Of a DNA stretch of 64,000 bases, positions 15,001 to 30,000 are shown piece after piece. The translations under genes were made by a program, and so were the position numbers. Below the pieces are notes generated by a model. The model saw only the letters and a list, made by a program, of their open reading frames with translations. It did no database searches and was not told where the DNA came from. Origin of the DNA: Octopus vulgaris (taxonomy: Eukaryota); NCBI GenBank assembly GCA_951406725.2, contig CATOCA020000001.1:10292001-10356000 (forward strand). The letters are read 5' to 3'. Each line of letters starts with the position of its first letter. Positions within the stretch are counted from its first letter, which is position 1.

Positions 15001-18000
15001 CCTAGTAAGTCTGTAGCTTGTGCAGAGAACGGTGCTCCCGTAGGTACATCAGAAAAAGGTAAATACCTAGTAAGTCTGTAGCTTGTGCAGAGACCGGTGC
15101 TCCCGTAGGTACATCAGAAGAAGGTAAATACCTTGTAAGTCTGTAGCTTGTGCAGATTCCGGTGCCCCCATAGGTACATCAGAACAAGGTAAATACCTAG
15201 TAAGTCTGTAGCTTGTGCAGAGACCAGAGCTCCCGTAGGTGCATCAGAACAAGGTATATACCTAGTAAGTCTGTAGCTTGTGCAGAGTCCGGTGCTCCCG
15301 TAGGTACATCAGAACAAGGTAAATACCTAGTAAGTCTGTACCTTTTGCAGAGTCCGGTGCTCCCGTAGGTACATCAGAAAAAGGTAAATACCTAGTAAGT
15401 CTGTAGCTTGTGCAGAATCCGGTGCTCCCGTAGGTACATCAGAACAAGGTAAATACCTAGTAAGTCTGTAGCTTGTGCAGAGTCAGGTGCTCCCGTAGGT
15501 ACATCAGAACAAGGTAAATACCTAGTAAGTCTGTAGCTTGTGCAGAGTCCGGTGCTCCCGTAGGTACATCAGAACAAGGTAAATAGCTAGTAAGTCTGTA
15601 GCTTGTGCAGAGTCCGTTGCTCCCGTAGGTACATCAGAACAAGGTAAATACCTAGTAAGTCTGTAGCTTGTGCAGAATCCGGTGTTCCCGTAGGTACATC
15701 AGAGCAAGGTAAATACCTAGTAAGTCTGTACCTTGTGCAGAGTCCGGTGCTCCCGTAGGTACATCAGAAAAAGGTAAATACCTAGTAAGTCTTTAAATTG
15801 TGCAGAATCCGGTGCCCCGTAGGTACATCAGAACAAGGTATATACCTAGTAAGTCTGTAGCTTGTGCAGAGTCCGGTGCGCCCGTAGGTCCATCAGAACA
15901 AGGTATATACCTAGTAAGTCTATAGCTTGTGCAGAGTCCGGTGCTCCAGTAGGTACATCAGAACAAGGTAAATACCTAGTAAGTCTGTACCTTGTGCAGA
16001 GTCCGGTGCTCCCGTAGGTACATCAGAACAAGGAAAATACCTAGTAAGTCTGTAGCTTGTGCAGAGACCAGTGCTCCCGTAGGTACATCAGAACAAGGTA
16101 TATACCTAGTAAGTCTGTACCTTGTGCAGAGTCCGGTGCTCCCGTAGGTACATTAGAAAAAGGTAAATACCTAGTAAGTCTGTAGCTTGTGCAGAGTCCG
16201 GTGCTCCCGTAGGTACAACAGAACAAGGTAAATACCTAGTAAGTCTGTACCTTGTGCAGAGTCCGGTGCTCCCGTAGGTACATCAGAACAAGGTAAATAC
16301 CTAGTAAGTCTGTAGCTTGTGCAGAATCCGCTGCTCCCGTAGGTACATCAGAACAAGGTAAATACCTAGTAAGTCTGTAGCTTGTGCAGAATCCGGTGTT
16401 CCCGTAGGTACATCAGAGCAAGGTAAATACCTAGTAAGTCTGTATCTTGTGCAGAGTCCGGTGCTCCCGTAGGTACATCAGAGCAAGGTAAATACCTAGT
16501 CAGTCTGTATCATGTGCAGAGTCCGGTGCTCCCGTAGGTACATCAGAACAAGGTAAATACCTAGTAAGTCTGTACCTTGTGCAGAGTCCGGTGCTCCCGT
16601 AGGTACATCAGAAAAAGGTAAATACCTAGTAAGTCATTAGCTTGTGCAGAATCCGGTGCGCTCGTAGGTACATCAGAACAAGGTATATACCTAGTAAGTC
16701 TATAGCTTGTGCAGAGTCCGGTGCTCCCGTAGGTACATCAGAACAAGGTAAATACCTTGTAAGTCTGTAGCTTGTGCAGAGTCCGGTGCCCCCATAGGTA
16801 CATATGAACAAGGCAAATACCTAGTAAGTCTGTAGCTTGTGCAGAGTCCGGTGCTCCCGTAGGTACATCAGAACAAGTTAAATACCTAGTAAGTCTGTAC
16901 CTTGTGCAGAGTCCGGTGCTCCCGTAGGTACATTAGAAAAAGGTAAATACCTAGTAAGTCTGTAGCTTGTGCAGAATCCGTTGCGCTCGTAGGTACATCA
17001 GAACAAGTTAAATACCTAGTAAGTCTGTAGCTTGTGCAGAGTCCGCTGCTCCCGTAGGTACATCAGAACAAGGTAAATACCTAGTAAGTCTGTAGCTTGT
17101 GCAGAGTCCGGTGCTCCCGTAGGTACATCAGAACAAGGTAAATAGCTAGTAAGTCTGTAGCTTGTGCAGAGTCCGGTGCTCCCGTAGGTACATCAGAATA
17201 AGGTAAATACCTAGTAAGTCTGTAGCTTTATCAGAGTCCGGTGCTCCCGTAGGTACATCAGAAAAAGGTAAATACCTAGTAAGTCTGTAGCATGTGCAGA
17301 ATCCGTTGCGCTCGTAGGTACCTCAGAACAAGAAAAATACCTAGCAAGTCTGTAGCTTGTGCAGAGTCCGGTGCCCCCATAGGTACATCAGGACAAGGTA
17401 AATACCTAGTAAGTCTGTAGCTTGTGCAGAGACCAATGCTCCCGTAGGTACATCAGAAACAAGGTAAATACCTAGTAAGTCTGTAGCTTGTGCAGAATCC
17501 GGTGCTCCCGTAGGTACATCAGAACAAGGTAAATACCTAGTAAGTCTGTAGCTTGTGCAGAGTCCGGTGCTCCCGTAGGTACATCAGAACAAGGTAAATA
17601 CCTAGTAAGTCTGTAGCTTGTGCTGAGACCGGTGCTCCCGTAGGTACATCAGAACAAGGTAAATACCTTGTAAGTCTGTAGCTTGTGCAGAGACCAATGC
17701 TCCCGTAGGTACATCAGAACAAGGTATATACCTAGTAAGTCTGTAGCTTGTGCAGAGTCGGGTTCCCGTAGGTACATCAGAACAAGGTAAATACCTAGTA
17801 AGTCTGTACCTTGTGCAGAGTCCGGTGCTCCCGTAGGTACATCAGAAAAAGGTAAATACCTAGTAAGTCTTTAACTTTGCAGAATCCGGTGCTCCCGTAG
17901 GTACATCAGAACAAGGTAAATACCTAGTAAGTCTGTAGCTTGTGCAGAGTCCGGTGCTCCCGTAGGTACATCAGAACAAGGTAAATACCTAGTAAGTCTG

Positions 18001-21000
18001 TAGCTTGTGCAGAGTCCGGTGCTCCCGTAGGTACATCAGAACAAGGTAAATACCTAGTAAGTCTGTAGCTTGTGCAGAGTCCGGTGCTCCCGTAGGTTCA
18101 TCAGAACAAGGTAAATACCTATTAAGACTTTAGCTTGTGCAGAGTCCGGTGCTCCAGTAGGTACATCAGAACAAGGTAAAAACCTAGTAAGTCTGTACCA
18201 TGTGCAGAGTCTGGTGCTCCCGTAGGTACATCAGAACAAGGTAAATACCAAGTAAGTCTGTACCTTGTGCAGAGACCAGTGCTCCCGTAGGTACATCAGA
18301 ACAAGGTATATACCTAGTAAGTCTGTACCTTGTGCAGAGTCCGGTGCTCCCGTAGGTATATTAGAAAAAGTTAAATACCTAGTAAGTCTGTAGCTTGTGC
18401 AGAGTCCGGTGCTCCCGTAGTTACAACAGAACAAGGTAAATACCTAGTAAGTCTGTACCTTGTGCAGAGTCCGGTGCTCCCGTAGGTACATCCGGACAAG
18501 GTAAATACCTAGTAAGTCTGTAGCATGTGCAGAATCCGCTGCTCCCGTAGGTACATCAGAACAAGGTAAATACCTAGTAAGTCTGTAGCTTGTGCAGAAT
18601 CCGGTGTTCCCGTAGGTACATCAGAGCAAGGTAAATACCTAGTCAGTCTGTATCTTGTGCAGAGTCCGGTGCTCCCGTAGGTACATCAGAGCAAGTTAAA
18701 TACCTAGTCAGTCTGTATCATGTGCAGAGTCCGGTGCTCCCGTAGGTACATCAGAACAAGGTAAATACCTAGTAAGTCTGTACCTTGTGCAGAGTCCGGT
18801 GCTCCCGTAGGTACATCAGAAAAAAGGTAAATACCTAGTAAGTCTTTAGCTTGTGCAGAATCCGGTGCTCCCGTATGTACATCAGAACAAGGTAAATAGC
18901 TAGCAAGTCTGTAGCTTGTGCACAGTCCGGTGCACTCGTAGGTACATCAGAACAAGGTAAATAGCTAGTAAGTCTGTAGCTTTTGCAGAGTCCGGTGCTC
19001 CCGTAGGTACATCAGAACAAGGTAAATACCTAGTAAGTATGTAGCTTGTGCAGAATCCGGTGTTCCCGTAGGTACATCAGATTAAGGTAAATACCTAGTA
19101 AGTCTGTAGCTTGTGCAGAATCCGGTGCTCCCGTAGGTACATCAGAAAAAGGTAAATACCTAGTAAGTCTTTAGCTTGTGCAGAATCCGGTGCGCTCGTA
19201 GGTACATCAGAACAAGGTATATACCTAGTAAGTCTGTAGCTTGTGCAGAGTCCGGTGCTCCCGTAGGTACATCAGAACAAGGTAAATACCTAGTCAGTCT
19301 GTATCTTGTGCAGAGTCCGGTGCTCCCGTATGTACATCTGAACAAGGTAAATAGCTAGTAAGACTGTAGCTTGTGCAAAGTCCGATGCTCCCCTAGGTAC
19401 ATCAGAACAAGGTAAATACCTAGTAAGTCTGTAGCTTGTGCAGAATCCGGTGCTCCTGTAGGTACATCAGAACAAGGTAAATACCTAGTAAGTCTGTAGC
19501 TTGTACAGAATCTGGTGCTCCCGTAGGTACATCAGAAGAAGGTAAATACATAGTAAGTCTGTAGCTTGTGCAGAGACCGGTGCTCCCGTAGGTACATCAG
19601 AACAAGGTAAATACCTAGTAAGTCTGTAGCTTGTGCAGAGAACGGTGCTCCCGTAGGTACATCAGAACAAGATAAATACCTTGTAAGTCCGTAGCTTGTG
19701 CAGAGTCCGGTGCCCCCATAGGTACATCAGAACAAGGTAAATACCTAGTAAGTCTGTAGCTTGTGTAGAGTCCGGTGCACCCGTAGGTACATTAGAAAAA
19801 GGTAAATACCTAGTACGTCTGTAGCTTGTGCAGAATCCGTTGCGCTCGTAGGTACATCAGAACAAGTTATATACCTAGTAAGTCTGTAGCTTGTGCAGAG
19901 TCCGGTGCTCCCGTAGGTACATCAGAACAAGGTAAATACCTAGTAAGACTGTAGCTTGTGCAGAGTCCGGTGCTCCCGTAGGTACATCAGAACAAGGTAA
20001 ATACCTAGTAAGTCTGTAGCTTGTGCAGAGTCCGGTGCTCCCGTAGGTACATCAGAACAAGGTAAATACCTAGTAAGTCTGTAGCTTGTGCAGAATCAAG
20101 TGTTCCCGTAGGTACATCAGAGCAAGATAAATACCTAGTAAGTCTGTACCTTGTGCAGAGTCCGGTGCTCCCGTAGGTACATCAGAAAAAGGTAAATACC
20201 TAGTAAGTCATTAAATTTGCAGAATCCGGTGCGCTCGTAGGTACATCAGAACAAGGTATATACCTAGTAAGTCTCTAGCTTGTGCAGAGTCCGGTGCTCC
20301 CGTAGGTACATCAGAACAAGGTAAATACCTAGTAAGTCTGTAGCTTGTGCAGAGACCGGTGCTCCCGTAGGTACATCAGAACAAGGTAAATACCTAGTAA
20401 GTCTGTAGCTTGTGCAGAGACCGGTGCTCCCGTAGGTACATCAGAACAAGGTAAATACCTAGTAAGTCTGTAGCTTGTGCAGAGTCCGGTGCTCCCGTAG
20501 GTACATCAGAACAAGGTAAATACCTAGTAAGTCTGTAGCTTGTGCAGATCCGGTGCTCCCGTAGGTACATCAGAACAAGGTAAATACCTAGTAAGTCTGT
20601 AGCTTGTGCAGAGTCCGGTTCTTCCGTAGGTACATCAGAACAAGGTAAATACCTAGTAAGTCTGTAGCTTGTGCAGAGTCCGGTGCTCCCGTAGGTACAT
20701 CAGAAAAAGGTAAATACCTAGTAAGTCTGTAGCTTGTGCAGAATCCGGTGCTCCCGTAGGTACATCAGAACAAGGTAATACCTAGTAAGTCTGTAGCTTG
20801 TGCAGAGTCCGGTGCTCCCGTAGGTACATCAGAACAAGGTAAATACCTAGTAAGTCTGTAGCTTGTGCAGAGTCCGGTGCTCCCGTAGGTACATCAGAAC
20901 AAGGTAAATACCTAGTAAGTCTGTAGCTTGTGCAGAATCCGGTGCTCCCGTAGGTACATCAGAACAAGGTAAATACCTAGTAAGTCTGTAGCTTGTGCAG

Positions 21001-24000
21001 AGTCCGGTGCTCCCGTAGGTACATCAGAACAAGGTAAATACCTAGTAAGTCTGTAGCTTGTGCAGAGTCCGGTGCCCTCGTAGGTACATCAGAACAAGTA
21101 AATACCTAGTAAGTCTGTAGCTTGTGCAGAGTCCGGTGCTCCCGTAGGTACATCAGAACAAGGTAAATACCTAGTAAGTCTGTAGCTTTGCAGAGACCAG
21201 TGCTCCCGTAGGTACATCAGAACAAGGTATATACCTAGTAAGTCTGTAGCTTGTGCAGAATCCGGTGCTCCCGTAGGTACATCAGAACAAGGTAAATACC
21301 TAGTAAGTCTGTAGCTTGTGCAGAGACCGGTGCTCCCGTAGGTACATCAGAACAAGGTAAATAACTAGTAAGTCTGTAGCTTGTGCAGAGACCGGTGCTC
21401 CCGTAGGTACATCAGAACAAGGTAAATAACTTGTAAGTCTGTAGCTTGTGCAGAGTCCGGTGCCCCCATAGGTACATCAGAACAAGGTAAATACCTAGTA
21501 AGTCTGTAGCTTGTGCAGAGACCAGTGCTCCCGTAGGTACATCAGAACAAGGTATATACCTAGTAAGTCTGTAGCTTGTGCAGAGTCCGGTGCTCCCGTA
21601 GGTACATCAGAACAAGGTAAATACCTAGTAAGTCTGTACCTTGTGCAGAGTCCGGTGCTCCCGTAGGTACATTGGAAAAAGTTAAAAAACTAGTAAGTCT
21701 GTACTTGTGCAGAATCCGGTGCTCCGTAGGTACATCAGAACAAGGTAAATACCTAGTAAGTCTGTAGCTTGTGCAGAGTCCGGTGCTCCCGTAGGTACAT
21801 CAGAACAAGGTAAATACCTAGTAAGTCTGTAGCTTGTGCAGAGTCCGGTGCTCCCGTAGGTACATCAGAACAAGGTAAATACCTAGTAAGTCTGTAGCTT
21901 GTGCAGAGTCCGGTGCTCCCGTAGGTACATCAGAACAAGGTAAATACCTAGTAAGTCTGTAGCTTGTGCAGAGTCCGGTGCTCCCGTAGGTACATCAGAA
22001 CAAGGTAAATACCTAGTAAGTCTGTACTTGTGCAGACGTCCGGTGCTCCCGTAGGTACATCAGAAAAAGGTAAATACCTAGTAAGTCTGTAGCTTGTGCA
22101 GAATCCGGTGTCCTCGTAGGTACATCAGAACAAGGTATATACCTAGTAAGTCTGTAGCTTGTGCAGAGTCCGGTGCTCCCGTAGGTACATCAGAACAAGG
22201 TAAATAACTAGTAAGTCTGTAGCTTGTGCAGAGACCGGTGCTCCCGTAGGTACATCAGAACAAGGTAAATACCTAGTAAGTATGTAGCTTGTGCAGAGTC
22301 CGGTGCTCCCGTAGGTACATCAGAAGAAGGTAAATACCAAGCAAGTCTGTAGCTTGTGCAGAGTCCGGTGCCCCCATAGGTACATAAGGACAAGGTAAAT
22401 ACCTAGTATGTCTGTAGCTTGTGCAGAGACCAATGCTCCCGTAGGTACATCAGAACAAGGTATATACCTAGTAAGTCTGTAGCTTGTGCAGAGTCCGGTT
22501 CTTCCGTAGGTACATCACAACAAGGTAAATTCCTAGAACGTCTGTACCTTGTGCAGTGTCCGGTGCTCCCGTAGGTACATCAGAAAAAGGTAAATACCTA
22601 GTAAGTCTTTAGCTTGTGCAGAATCCGGTGCGCCTGTAGGTCCATCAGAACAAGGTATATACCTAGTAAATCTATAGCTTGTGCAGAGTCCGGTGCTCCC
22701 GTAGGTACATCAGAACAACAGGTAAATACCTAGTAAGTCTGTACTTGTGCAGAGTCCGGTGCTCCCGTAGGTACATCAGAAAAAGGTAAATACCTAGTAA
22801 GTCTGTAGCTTGTGCAGAATCCGGTCGCTCCGTAGGTACATCAGAACAAGGTAAATACCTAGTAAGTCTGTAGCTTTGTGCAGAGTCCGGTGCTCCCGTA
22901 GTTACATCAGAACCTGGTAAATACCTAGTAAGTCTGTAGCTTGTGCAGAGTCCGGTGCTCCCGTAGGTACATCAGAACAAGGTAAATAGCTAGTAAGTCT
23001 GTAGCTTGTGCAGAGTCCGGTGCTCCCGTAGGTACATCAGAAGCAGGTAAATACCTAGTAAGTCTAGTTCTAGTAAGTCTGTAGCTTGTGCAGAATCCGG
23101 TGCTCCCGTAGGTACATCAGAACAAGGTAAATACCTAGTAAGTCTGTACTTGTGCAGAGTCCGGTGCTCCCGTAGGTACATCAGAACAAGGTAAATACCT
23201 AGTAAGTCTGTAGCTTGTGCAGAGTCCGGTGCTCCCGTAGGTACATCAGAACAAGGTAAATACCTAGTAAGTCTGTAGCTTGTGCAGAGTCCGGTGCTCC
23301 CGTAGGTACATCAGAACAAGGTAAATACCTAGTAAGTCTGTAGCTTGTGCAGAGTCCGGTGCTCCCGTAGGTACATCAGAACAAGGTAAATACCTAGTAA
23401 GTCTGTAGCTTGTGCAGAGTCCGGTGCTCCCGTAGGTACATCAGAACAAGGTAAATACCTAGTAAGTCTGTAGCTTGTGCAGAATCCGGTCCTAGGTACA
23501 TGTAGTACATGAAAAGTAATACCTAGTAGTCTGTAGCTTGTGCAGAGTCCGGTGCTCCCGTAGGTACATCAGAACAAGGTAAATACCTAGTAAGTCTGTA
23601 GCTTGTGCAGAGTCCGGTGCTCCCGTAGGTACATCAGAACAAGGTAAATACCTAGTAAGTCTGTAGCTTGTGCAGAGTCCGGTGCTCCCGTAGGTACATC
23701 AGAACAAGGTAAATACCTAGTAAGTCTGTAGCTTGTGCAGAGTCCGGTGCTCCCGTAGGTACATCAGAACAAGGTAAATACCTAGTAAGTCTGTAGCTTG
23801 TGCAGAATCCGGTGCTCCCGTAGGTACATCAGAACAAGGTAAATACCTAGTAAGTCTGTAGCTTGTGCAGAGTCCGGTGCTCCCGTAGGTACATCAGAAC
23901 AAGGTAAATACCTAGTAAGTCTGTGTACTTGTGCAGAGTCCGGTGCTCCCGTAGGTACATCAGAACAAGGTAAATACCTAGTAAGTCTGTAGCTTGTGCA

Positions 24001-27000
24001 GAGTCCGGTGCTCCCGTAGGTACATCAGAACAAGGTAAATACCTAGTAAGTCTGTAGCTTGTGCAGAGTCCGGTGCTCCCGTAGGTACATTAGAAAAAGG
24101 TAAATACCTAGTAAGTCTGTAGCTTGTGCAGAGTCCGGTGCTCCCGTAGGTACATCAGAAGAAGGTAAATACCTAGTAAGTCTGTAGCTTGTGCAGATCC
24201 GGTGCTCCCGTAGGTACATCAGAACAAGGTAAATACCTAGTAAGTCTGTACTTGTGCAGAGTCCGGTGCTCCGTAGGTACATCAGAACAAGGTAAATACC
24301 TAGTAAGTCTGTAGCTTGTGCAGATCCGGTGCTCCCGTAGGTACATCAGAACAAGGTAAATACCTAGTAAGTCTGTAGCTTGTGCAGAGTCCGGTGCTCC
24401 CGTAGGTACATCAGAACAAGGTAAATACCTAGTAAGTCTGTAGCTTGTGCAGATCCGGTGCTCCCGTAGGTACATCAGAACAAGGTAAATACCTAGTAAG
24501 TCTGTACTTGTGCAGAGTCCGGTGCTCCCGTAGGTACATCAGAACAAGGTAAATACCTAGTAAGTCTGTAGCTTGTGCAGAATCCGGTGCCGTAGGTACA
24601 TCAGAACAAGGTAAATACCTAGTAAGTCTGTAGCTTGTGCAGAGTCCGGTGCTCCCGTAGGTACATCAGAACAAGGTAAATACCTAGTAAGTCTGTAGCT
24701 TGTGCAGAGTCCGGTGCTCCCGTAGGTACATCAGAACAAGGTAAATACCTAGTAAGTCTGTAGCTTGTGCAGAGTCCGGTGCTCCCGTAGGTACATCAGA
24801 ACAAGGTAAATACCTAGTAAGTCTGTAGCTTGTGCAGAATCCGGTGCTCCCGTAGGTACATCAGAACAAGGTAAATACCTAGTAAGTCTGTAGCTTGTGC
24901 AGAATCCGGTGCTCCCGTAGGTACATCAGAACAAGGTAAATACCTAGTAAGTCTGTAGCTTGTGCAGAGTCCGGTGCTCCCGTAGGTACATCAGAACAAG
25001 GTAAATACCTAGTAAGTCTGTACCTTGTGCAGAGTCCGGTGCTCCCGTAGGTACATCAGAACAAGGTAAATACCAAGTAAGTCTGTACCTTGTGCAGAGA
25101 CCAGTGCTCCCGTAGGTACATTAGAAAAAGGTAAATACCTAGTAAGTCTGTAGCTTGTGCAGAGTCCGGTGCTCCCGTAGGTACATCAGAACAAGGTAAA
25201 TACCTAGTAAGTCTGTACTTGTGCAGAAGTCCGGTGCTCCCGTAGGTACATCAGAACAAGGTAAATACCTAGTAAGTCTGTAGCTTGTGCAGAATCCGGT
25301 GCTCCCGTAGGTACATCAGAACAAGGTAAATACCTAGTAAGTCTGTAGCTTGTGCAGAGTCCGGTGCTCCCGTAGGTACATCAGAACAAGGTAAATACCT
25401 AGTAAGTCTGTAGCTTGTGCAGAGTCCGGTGCTCCCGTAGGTACATCAGAACAAGGTAAATACCTAGTAAGTCTGTAGCTTGTGCAGAGTCCGGTGCTCC
25501 CGTAGGTACATCAGAACAAGGTAAATACCTAGTAAGTCTGTAGCTTGTGCAGAGTCCGGTGCTCCCGTAGGTACATCAGAACAAGGTAAATACCTAGTAA
25601 GTCTTTAGCTTGTGCAGAGTCCGGTGCTCCCGTAGGTACATCAGAACAAGGTAAATACCTAGTAAGTCTGTACCTTGTGCAGAGTCCGGTGCTCCCGTAG
25701 GTACATCAGAAAAAGGTAAATACCTAGTAAGTCTTTAGCTTGTGCAGAATCCGGTGCTCTCGTAGGTACATCAGAACAAGGTAAATACCTAGTAAGTCTG
25801 TAGCTTTTGCAGAATCCGCTGCTCCCGTAGGTACATCAGAACAAGGTAAATACCTAGTAAGTCTGTAGCTTGTGCAGAATCCGGTGTTCCCGTAGGTACA
25901 TCAGAGCAAGGTAAATACCTAGTCAGTCTGTATCTTGTGCAGAGTCCGGTGCTCTCGTAGGTACATAAGAGCAAGGTAAATACCTAGTCAGTCTGTATCA
26001 TGTGCAGAGTCTGGTGCTCCCGTAGGTACATCAGAACAAGGTAAATACCTAGTAATCCTGTACCTTGTGCAGAGTCCGGTGCTCCCGTAGGTACATCAGA
26101 AAAAGGTAAATACCTAGTAAGTCTTTAGCTTTTGCAGAATCCGGTGCTCTCGTAGGTACATCAGAACAAGGTAAATACCTAGTAAGTCTGTATCTTTTGC
26201 AGAGTCCGTTGCTCCCGCATGTACATCAGAACAAGGTAAATAGCTAGTAAGTCTGTAGCTTGTGCAGAGACCAGGTGCTCCCGTAGGTACATCAGAACAA
26301 GGTAAATAGCTAGTAAGTCTGTAGCTTGTGCAGAGTCCGGTGCTCCCGTAGGTACATCAGAACAAGGTAAATACCTAGTAAGTCTGTAGCTTGTGCAGAA
26401 TCCGGTGATCCCGTAGGTACATCAGAGCAAGGTAAATACCTAGTAAGTCTGTAGCTTGTGCAGAATCCGGTGCTCCCGTAGGTACATCAGAAAAAGGTAA
26501 ATACCTAGTAAGTCTTTAGCTTGTGCAGAATCCGGTGCGCTCGTAGGCACATCAGAACAAGGTATATACCTAGTAAGTCTGTAGCTTGTGCAGAGTCCGG
26601 TGCTCCCGTAGGTACATCAGAACAAGGTAAATACCTAGTAAGTCTGTAGCTTGTGCAGAATCCGGTGCTCCCGTAGGTACATCAGAACAAGGTAAATACC
26701 TAGTAAGTCTGTAGCTTGTGCAGAATCCGGTGCTCCCGTAGGTACATCAGAACAAGGTAAATACCTAGTAAGTCTGTAGCTTGTGCAGAGTCCGGTGCTC
26801 CCGTAGGTACATCAGAACAAGGTAAATACCTAGTAAGTCTGTAGCTTGTGCAGAGTCCGGTGCTCCCGTAGGTACATCAGAACAAGGTAAATACCTAGTA
26901 AGTCTGTAGCTTGTGCAGAGTCCGGTGCTCCCGTAGGTACATCAGAACAAGGTAAATACCTAGTAAGTCTGTAGCTTGTGCAGAGTCCGGTGCTCCCGTA

Positions 27001-30000
27001 GGTACATCAGAACAAGGTATATACCTAGTAAGTCTGTAGCTTGTGCAGAGACCGGTGCTCCCGTATGTACATCAGAACAAGGTAAATACCTAGTAAGTCT
27101 GTACCTTGTGCAGAGTCCGGTGCTCCCGTAGGTACATCAGAAAAAGGTAAATACCTAGTAAGTCTTTAAATTTGCAGAATCCGGTGCGCTCGTAGGCACA
27201 TCAGAACAAGGTATATACCTAGTAAGTCTGTAGCTTGTGCAGATTCCGGTGCTCCCGTAGGTACATCAGAACAAGTTAAATAACTAGTAAGTCTGTAGCT
27301 TGTGCAGAGTCCGGTGCTCCCGTAGGTACATCAGAACAAGGTAAATACCTAGTAAGTCTGTAGCTTGTGCAGAGTCCGGTGCTCCCGTAGGTACATCAGA
27401 ACAAGGTAAATACCTAGTAAGTCTGTAGCTTGTGCAGAGTCCGGTGCTCCCGTAGGTACATCAGAACAAGGTAAATACCTAGTAAGTCTGTAGCTTGTGC
27501 AGAGTCCGGTGCTCCCGTAGGTACATCAGAACAAGGTAAATACCTAGTAAGTCTGTAGCTTGTGCAGAGTCCGGTGCTCCCGTAGGTACATCAGAACAAG
27601 GTAAATACCTAGTAAGTCTGTAGCTTGTTCAGAGTCCGGTGCTCCCGTAGGTACATCAGAAAAAGGTAAATACCTAGTAAGTCTGTAGCTTGTGCAGAAT
27701 CCGGTGCTCCCGTAGGTACATCAGAACAAGGTAAATACCTAGTAAGTCTGTAGCTTGTGCAGAGTCCGGTGCTCCCGTAGGTACATCAGAACAAGGTAAA
27801 TACCTAGTAAGTCTGTAGCTTGTGCAGAGTCCGGTGCTCCCGTAGGTACATCAGAACAAGGTAAATACCTAGTAAGTCTGTAGCTTGTGCAGAGTCCGGT
27901 GCTCCCGTAGGTACATCAGAACAAGGTAAATACCTAGTAAGTCTGTAGCTTGTGCAGAGTCCGGTGCTCCCGTAGGTACATCAGAACAAGGTAAATACCT
28001 AGTAAGTCTGTAGCTTGTGCAGAGTCCGGTGCTCCCGTAGGTACATCAGAACAAGGTAAATACCTAGTAAGTCTGTAGCTTGTGCAGAGTCCGGTCCCCG
28101 TAGGTACATCAGAACAAGGTAAATACCTAGTAAGTCTGTAGCTTGTGCAGAGTCCGGTGCTCCCGTAGGTACATCAGAACAAGGTAAATACCTAGTAAGT
28201 CTGTAGCTTGTGCAGAATCCGGTGCTCCCGTAGGTACATCAGAACAAGGTAAATACCTAGTAAGTCTGTAGCTTGTGCAGAGACCGGTGCTCCCGTAGGT
28301 ACATCAGAACAAGGTAAATAACTAGTAAGTCTGTAGCTTGTGCAGAGACCGGTGCTCCCGTAGGTACATCAGAACAAGGTAAATACCTTGTAAGTCTGTA
28401 GCTTGTGCAGAGTCCGGTGCCCCCATAGGTACATCAGAACAAGGTAAAGACCTAGTAAGTCTGTAGCTTGTGCAGAGACCAGTGCTCCCGTAGGTACATC
28501 AGAACAAGGTAAATAATACCTAGTAAGTCTGTAGCTTGTGCAGAGTCCGGTGCTCCCGTAGGTACATCAGAACAAGGTAAATACCTAGTAAGTCTGTACT
28601 TGTGCAGAGTCCGGTGCTCCCGTAGGTACATCAGAAAAAGGTAAATACCTAGTAAGTCTGTAGCTTGTGCAGAATCCGGTGCTCCCGTAGGTACATCAGA
28701 ACAAGGTAAATACCTAGTAAGTCTGTAGCTTGTGCAGAGTCCGGTGCTCCCGTAGGTACATCAGAAAAAGGTAAATACCTAGTAAGTCTGTAGCGTCTGC
28801 AGAGTCCGGTAATCCCGTAGGTACACCAGCACAAGGTAAATACCTAGTAAGTCTGTAGCTTGTGCAGAGAATCCGGTGCTCCCGTAGGTACATCAGAACA
28901 AGGTAAATACCTAGTAAGTCTGTAGCTTGTGCAGAATCCGGTGCTCCCGTAGGTACATCAGAACAAGGTAAATACCTAGTAAGTCTGTACTTGTGCAGAG
29001 TCCGGTGCTCCCTAGGTACATCAGAAAAAGGTAAATACCTAGTAAGTCTTTAACTTTGCAGAATCCGGTGCGCTCGTAGGTACATCAGAACAAGGTATAT
29101 ACCTAGTAAGTCTGTAGCTTGTGCAGAGTCCGGTGCTCCCGTAGGTACATCAGAACAAGGTAAAAAACCTAGTAAGTCTGTAGCTTGTGCAGAGACCGGT
29201 GCTCCCGTAGGTACATCAGAACAAGGTAAATACCTAGTAAGTATGTAGCTTGTGCAGAGTCCGGTGCTCCCGTAGGTACATCAGAAGAAGGTAAATACCA
29301 AGCAAGTCTGTAGCTTGTGCAGAGTCCGGTGCCCCCATAGGTACATAAGGACAAGGTAAATACCTAGTATGTCTGTAGCTTGTGCAGAGACCAATGCTTC
29401 CGTAGGTACATCAGAACAAGGTATATACCTAGTAAGTCTGTAGCTTGTGCAGAGTCCGGTTCTTCCGTAGGTACATCACAACAAGGTAAATTCCTAGAAC
29501 GTCTGTACCTTGTGCAGTGTCCGGTGCTCCCGTAGGTACATCAGAAAAGGTAAATACCTAGTAAGTCTTTAGCTTGTGCAGAATCCGGTGCTCCCGTAGG
29601 TACATCAGAACAAGGTAAATACGTACTAGTAGTCTGTAGCTTGTGCAGAGTCCGGTGCTCCCGTAGGTACATCAGAACAAGGTAAATACCTAGTAAGTCT
29701 GTAGCTTGTGCAGAGTCCGGTGCTCCCGTAGGTACATCAGAACAAGGTAAATACCTAGTAAGTCTGTAGCTTGTGCAGAATCCGGTGCTCCCGTAGGTAC
29801 ATCAGAACAAGGTAAATACCTAGTAAGTCTGTAGCTTGTGCAGAGTCCGGTGCTCCCGTAGGTACATCAGAACAAGGTAAATACCTAGTAAGTCTGTAGC
29901 TTGTGCAGAGTCCGGTGCTCCCGTAGGTACATCAGAACAAGGTAAATAGCTAGTAAGTCTGTAGCTTGTGCAGAGTCCGGTGCTCCCGTAGGTACATCAG